Source of the DNA: a bacterium
GTDB lineage: Bacteria; Zhuqueibacterota; Zhuqueibacteria; Zhuqueibacterales; Zhuqueibacteraceae
NCBI GenBank assembly: GCA_044869275.1
Contig: JBIOXB010000088.1
Coordinates: 1 to 19,747 of the forward strand
Length of the DNA: 19,747 bases
Reading direction: 5' to 3'
The translations under genes were made by a program, and so were the position numbers. This document shows positions 15,794 to 19,747 of this stretch, piece after piece; the stretch's first letter is position 1; each line of letters begins with the position of its first letter. A model generated the notes under the pieces. The model saw only the letters and a list, made by a program, of their open reading frames with translations, made no database searches and had not been told where the DNA came from.

Positions 15794-16297
15794 CTATTTG
15801 GCAAGTGTCATTTTCTTCGTCTGCACAAAGCTACCAGCTTGTAGTCTGTAGAAATAGATGCCGGCAGAAAAAGCACTCGCATCAAAATCGTACGTGTAGT
15901 TGCCCTGATCCTGATGTTCACCGACAATTGTGGTGATTTCTTTCCCACGCAGATCGTAGATCTTTAAAGTGACAAACTCGGCATGTGATAATGAATAAGA
16001 AATCCTAGTACTTGAATTAAATGGATTCGGATAATTTTGATAATTCGTACTTTTAGATGAAAGATTATCTTCATTACCCAGTCCATCTGTCTTGATGAGA
16101 AAGAAATCTCCGTTATTCGCCGAGGCAGTGCCCGTTACAATGTATCCCTTGTCCGAAGTTTGCAGGATTGCATGTGGATAAGACAGGTCAAACATATCAT
16201 AGCTTCTAATCCAAGTATCCGTCGTTGAATAAGCCGGCGACAGAACCAATGATGGCAAAAAGGCGATTGCTGGCTCAATGACTGCTCTCAATTTCAT
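15794..16297 (-). CDS. Short protein with a T9SS type A sorting-like C-terminal domain, probably internally deleted
   Basis: QNYPNPFN...LKIYDLRG...AGIYFYRL...KKMTLAK domain preceded by a single propeller-blade repeat (QTSDKGYIVTG...DFFLIKTDGLGN). Confidence 0.75.
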   Translation of the reverse strand: MKLRAVIEPAIAFLPSLVLSPAYSTTDTWIRSYDMFDLSYPHAILQTSDKGYIVTGTASANNGDFFLIKTDGLGNEDNLSSKSTNYQNYPNPFNSSTRISYSLSHAEFVTLKIYDLRGKEITTIVGEHQDQGNYTYDFDASAFSAGIYFYRLQAGSFVQTKKMTLAK

Positions 16298-16587
16298 GTT
16301 TACTCACCATTACTTCTCTGACGAATCCTTATTCAAATTTACATCCGTACTTTTCTATTTGCCACAAAATTGTTTCGGTTTCGTGCGACCCTAACGCGTC
16401 TTCGATTTCACATATCAGAAAGTGAAACACAAAACTTTCAGAAATCACCTCGGAACCTTGCAAAAACCCTCATGAAAAGCAAGGGTTTGTTGCCAAAGCA
16501 ACCTTGCTGGCTCGTTCCGCTCGAGCCTTTAGCAAGCACAATCTAAATTACACATTTTTTGTTGAGGAGCGTAGAGGCCAATTGTCC

Positions 16588-17961
16588 TTATCTTACCAAA
16601 ACCATTTTCCTCACTTCCAACAACTCTCCCGCTTCCAGCTTGTAAACGTACGTGCCCGAGCGCGCCGGCTTGCCGTGATCGTCCGTGCCCTTCCAGGTCA
16701 CCACGTTTTCTCCCGCTTCACACACGCGCTGCATGACTTCTTTGACCTGCCGGCCGTTTACATCATAGATGCGCAGGCTGACGAACATGCGCTCGGACAA
16801 TTGAAAGCGAATCGTCGTGCTGGGGTTGAAAGGATTGGGGTAATTCTGGCTCAAAGCATATTGCCACGCGGATTCGTCCGCGCGATCTTGCACGCTGACC
16901 GCTCCGGCTTTGGCATATTTGTAAACCCTCTGGCCCACGGCGTAGCCGAGTGAATCGTTCAAAAAACGAAAGCGATTGACGCGCGTGCCAAAGCCTGCCG
17001 AGCGCCAGGTCTCGCCGCCGTCCCTGGTTTCATAAGTCGGAAACGAGCTGTTGCCGCCGGCCCATCCCCTCGACTCCGAGATAAAGCCGATTCCCTGCAC
17101 AAAATAGTAACTGGTTGAAAACAACTTTTCTTGCCAGGTATTGCCGCCATCGGCCGTCTTTAAGAAATAAATGGGCGACAGGCTGTTGCGCTGCAAAGAA
17201 ACATAGGCAGTTTTGCGCGAGGGAAAAGAAATCTTCCAGCACCATTCGCCCATGCGCGCGGTGACGAAGCGCCTTTCCCAGGTATTGCCGCCGTCGCTGG
17301 TGAACAGCACCACGCCGCTGGAAAAATCGTGCACGACGTTGGTCAAACCCACGGCAAAACCGGTGTCGGGATGAATGAAATAGACATCGATCAACCCCGC
17401 GGCGTATTCGCGCATGTCTTTGGAAGTCCACCTCGCACCGCCGTCCGTGGTGCGCACGAAGAAGCTCGGCCCGCGCACGCGGCCGACCGCGCAAATGGTC
17501 GAGTCGTTGACCACGTGCATGCCGCAAACGCCCGCCGGGGCCGGGCCATGAAACTGGCTGAAGGCTTGCCAGCTCTGGCCGCCGTTGCGGGTGCGATAGA
17601 ACACATTGGGGTCCGTGGCGCCGAATTCTCCCACGCCCACGTTGCCTGCCCAGCCTTCGAGCTCATTCAAAAAACCAACCGAGCGAAAATGCGCGGTGCC
17701 GCTCACGAATTGCAACTGCCACGCCGCGCCGCCGTTGTTCGTGCGGTAAATCTGGCCGTCGCCGTTCACGATCCAGCCGGTGTCGGGATTGACGAAATAG
17801 GCATCATTATGCCTCGCCACCACGGGCGCGTTGGGCAGAGTGGTCCAGACCGGCACGTTTTGGGCCGGCGACTCCATGATCGCAACCAAAATCGTCACAA
17901 GAATGATTGAAAAACGCATGCGATTTTTCATAAGGTTCATTGCCATATTTCTGTCTTTCAT
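16588..17961 (-). CDS. Secreted BNR/YCF48-like beta-propeller protein with a FlgD-Ig/T9SS-type C-terminal domain
   Basis: Six Asp-box-like repeats (TNNGGAAW, TRNGGQSW, TTDGGARW, TSDGGNTW, TADGGNTW, TRDGGETW). C-terminal LSQNYPNPFNPST...WKGTDDHGKPARSGTY. Start uncertain (several nearby ATGs). Confidence 0.85.
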   Translation of the reverse strand: MKDRNMAMNLMKNRMRFSIILVTILVAIMESPAQNVPVWTTLPNAPVVARHNDAYFVNPDTGWIVNGDGQIYRTNNGGAAWQLQFVSGTAHFRSVGFLNELEGWAGNVGVGEFGATDPNVFYRTRNGGQSWQAFSQFHGPAPAGVCGMHVVNDSTICAVGRVRGPSFFVRTTDGGARWTSKDMREYAAGLIDVYFIHPDTGFAVGLTNVVHDFSSGVVLFTSDGGNTWERRFVTARMGEWCWKISFPSRKTAYVSLQRNSLSPIYFLKTADGGNTWQEKLFSTSYYFVQGIGFISESRGWAGGNSSFPTYETRDGGETWRSAGFGTRVNRFRFLNDSLGYAVGQRVYKYAKAGAVSVQDRADESAWQYALSQNYPNPFNPSTTIRFQLSERMFVSLRIYDVNGRQVKEVMQRVCEAGENVVTWKGTDDHGKPARSGTYVYKLEAGELLEVRKMVLVR

Positions 17962-18130
17962 TTTTCTGGCCTCTCGTTTGTTCAATTCCGCGGCATTGCC
18001 AATTCAAGCATAAAAGCTCAGCGCAGAAGTAAGAAAACCCTTTCACATGCGCAAGCAGAAAATCGCGATGGCGCTTGCTTTCGAAAATTCGAATCGCTAT
18101 CATAGGCAAATTTTTTCCGAGGAGGATCTT

Positions 18131-19363
18131 TTGTCAACCGCGCACGAATATGATGTGATTGTCGTGGGCGGCGGCCCGGCGGGTGCCGCTGCCGTTTTGT
18201 ATGGCGCGCGCCACGGCTTGCGCATGTTATTGTTGGAAAAAAGCCGGTTCCCGCGCGACAAAATCTGCGGCGACGCCATTTCCGGCAAGAGCGTGCGCGT
18301 GCTGCGCGACCTTGGCTTGGAACAGCGGCTGCGCCTGGAGCCGCAAGTGGAAGCGCGCGGCGTGCATTTCTCCGCGCCCAATGGCAAGGTGGCGCGGATT
18401 TCCTTCACCCCGCCCAATGCGCGGCGCGAGAGCATGGGCTACGTTTGCCGGCGCATGGTATTCGACAACATTCTCTTTTCCGCGGCAAAGTCCGCCGCGG
18501 CGAAATGCCTGGAGGAATTCGTCGTCCAGGGCCTGTTGCGCGAAGGCGGAAAAGTGATAGGCGTCACGGGACAGGGGATGGGCGGCGGCGCCACACAAAC
18601 TTTTCATGCGCAAGCGGTGGTGGGCGCGGACGGATTTGATTCCATCGTCGCGCGCCAAACCGGCTTGTACGAGCACGATTCCGAGCATTGGGTGGTGGCC
18701 ACCCGCGGCTACTATCGCGGCCTACCCGATCTCACCGATTATATCGAGATTCATTTTGTCGACGAAGTGTCGCCGGGGTATTTTTGGATTTTTCCGCTGG
18801 AAGAGGGCTGGGCGAACGTCGGCATCGGCATGCTGCATTCAGAATTGAAAAAACGCGGCCTCAATTTGCGGCAGGCGCATGTGCAAGCCACACAATCCTC
18901 GGTTTTCAAAGAAAGATTTGCGCGCGCGGAATTGGTGGGCGGCATTCGCGGCTGGAATTTGCCCCTGGGCAGCAAGCGCCGCCGGATCCACGGCGAGGGT
19001 TTTTTGCTGCTTGGCGACGCGGCGGGACTGATCGATCCATTCTCCGGCGAAGGCATTGGCAATGCCATGGTTTCGGGCGAAATCGCGGCAAGAGTATTGG
19101 CGCGCGCCTGCGCCGAGAACGCGCTGGACGCCGGAAGTCTGGGCGAATATGCGGAGCTCCTGTGGCAGGAAATCGGCAATGAATTGAAAACCAGTTACCT
19201 GCTGCAGCGCATCGGCCGCATCAAACCCCTGCTCAATTTCGTCGTGGGCAAGGCGGCGAGAAGTCTCGAGGTCGCGCATTGGATTTCGAGCATGATGGCG
19301 AACGAAACCCCGCGCGCGGAGCTGGCTTCGCCGTTGACGTATTTGCGCCTGTTGTTGGCGTAG
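18131..19363 (+). CDS. Geranylgeranyl reductase-family FAD-dependent oxidoreductase
   Basis: DVIVVGGGPAG, PRDKICGDAI, GADG, GYFWIFP and LGDAAGLIDPFSGEGI motifs. RBS GAGGAGG precedes TTG 18131. Confidence 0.9.
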   Translation: MSTAHEYDVIVVGGGPAGAAAVLYGARHGLRMLLLEKSRFPRDKICGDAISGKSVRVLRDLGLEQRLRLEPQVEARGVHFSAPNGKVARISFTPPNARRESMGYVCRRMVFDNILFSAAKSAAAKCLEEFVVQGLLREGGKVIGVTGQGMGGGATQTFHAQAVVGADGFDSIVARQTGLYEHDSEHWVVATRGYYRGLPDLTDYIEIHFVDEVSPGYFWIFPLEEGWANVGIGMLHSELKKRGLNLRQAHVQATQSSVFKERFARAELVGGIRGWNLPLGSKRRRIHGEGFLLLGDAAGLIDPFSGEGIGNAMVSGEIAARVLARACAENALDAGSLGEYAELLWQEIGNELKTSYLLQRIGRIKPLLNFVVGKAARSLEVAHWISSMMANETPRAELASPLTYLRLLLA

Positions 19364-19482
19364 TTTTGCCTGTTGCACCAATCTTCAGCTTGCTTTTCTT
19401 GGCTTCGGCCTTTACTTTCTTGCCGCCGCACGCCGATCAGCCTTTGGCCCGCTCTCGTTTGAAATGATCATTCGCCTGATGC

Positions 19483-19747
19483 ATGGAATTTCTCACCGCC
19501 TTAGCCGCCCTTTATGAACAGCACGCCGGCGCAGCGCCCCGGCGCACGGTGGAATTGCAGGCGCATGGCTCCGAGCGCAGAATTTTTCGCCTGCAGGGCG
19601 AATCCAGGACCGCGATCGGCATTTACAATGCCGACCGCGCCGAAAACCTCGCTTTTCTGGCGTTCTCGAAACACTTTCGCAAATGGCAATTGCCCGTCCC
19701 GGACATTTATCGCGAAGACCTGGAGCGCGGCGTTTATCTCGAGGAGG
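19483..19747 (+). CDS. Aminoglycoside-phosphotransferase-like kinase (AmgK-like sugar kinase?), 5' partial
   Basis: Hand translation gives MEFLTALAALYEQH...HGSERRIFRL...ENLAFLAFSKHF...LPVPDIYREDLERGVYLEE, open to the window end. It resembles the GSxRxYxR and LPVP...EDLG N-lobe. Confidence 0.7.
   Translation, partial: MEFLTALAALYEQHAGAAPRRTVELQAHGSERRIFRLQGESRTAIGIYNADRAENLAFLAFSKHFRKWQLPVPDIYREDLERGVYLEE

Larger units (their letters stand above)
11651..16395 (-). mobile_element. Putative decayed integron gene-cassette array (no integrase in window)
   Basis: On the minus strand RYYYAAC follows two stop codons by 7-8 nt (GTCTAAC 13403-13397; GCCCAAC 15785-15779). GTT-type core sites lie at 16395-16389, 15637-15631 and 11657-11651. 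The genes are unrelated, of differing composition, and several are fragments. No complete attC hairpin was recognised. Confidence 0.4.

Overview
Bacterial DNA of moderately high GC. Two proteins with T9SS-type/FlgD-Ig C-terminal domains and a TonB-dependent receptor suggest an FCB-superphylum organism, possibly KSB1-like (inference). From left to right: (1) a small nucleotidyltransferase (MNT), probably the second gene of a HEPN-MNT pair cut by the window edge. (2) A six-gene minus-strand operon behind a DtxR/MntR-type palindrome: di-heme cytochrome c lipoprotein, ICMT-family membrane protein, Tat-exported Rieske lipoprotein, outer-membrane beta-barrel, membrane-anchored DtxR regulator with two FeoA domains, and a stand-alone FeoB GTPase domain. 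This is the best candidate for an undescribed redox-coupled Fe/Mn acquisition system. (3) A cobalamin riboswitch with attenuator controlling btuB-pduO. (4) A SpoIID/LytB gene flanked by two palindromic REP/MITE-like elements. (5) A ~4.7 kb mosaic of unrelated genes and gene fragments (HxlR, DUF1579-like, BBE-type FAD oxidoreductase, WG-repeat remnant, lipoprotein, truncated T9SS cargo) carrying attC-like half-sites, probably a decayed integron cassette array with no integrase in view. (6) A BNR/YCF48-type secreted propeller protein, a geranylgeranyl reductase-family gene and the start of a phosphotransferase. All calls come from reading motifs by eye; no searches were run.
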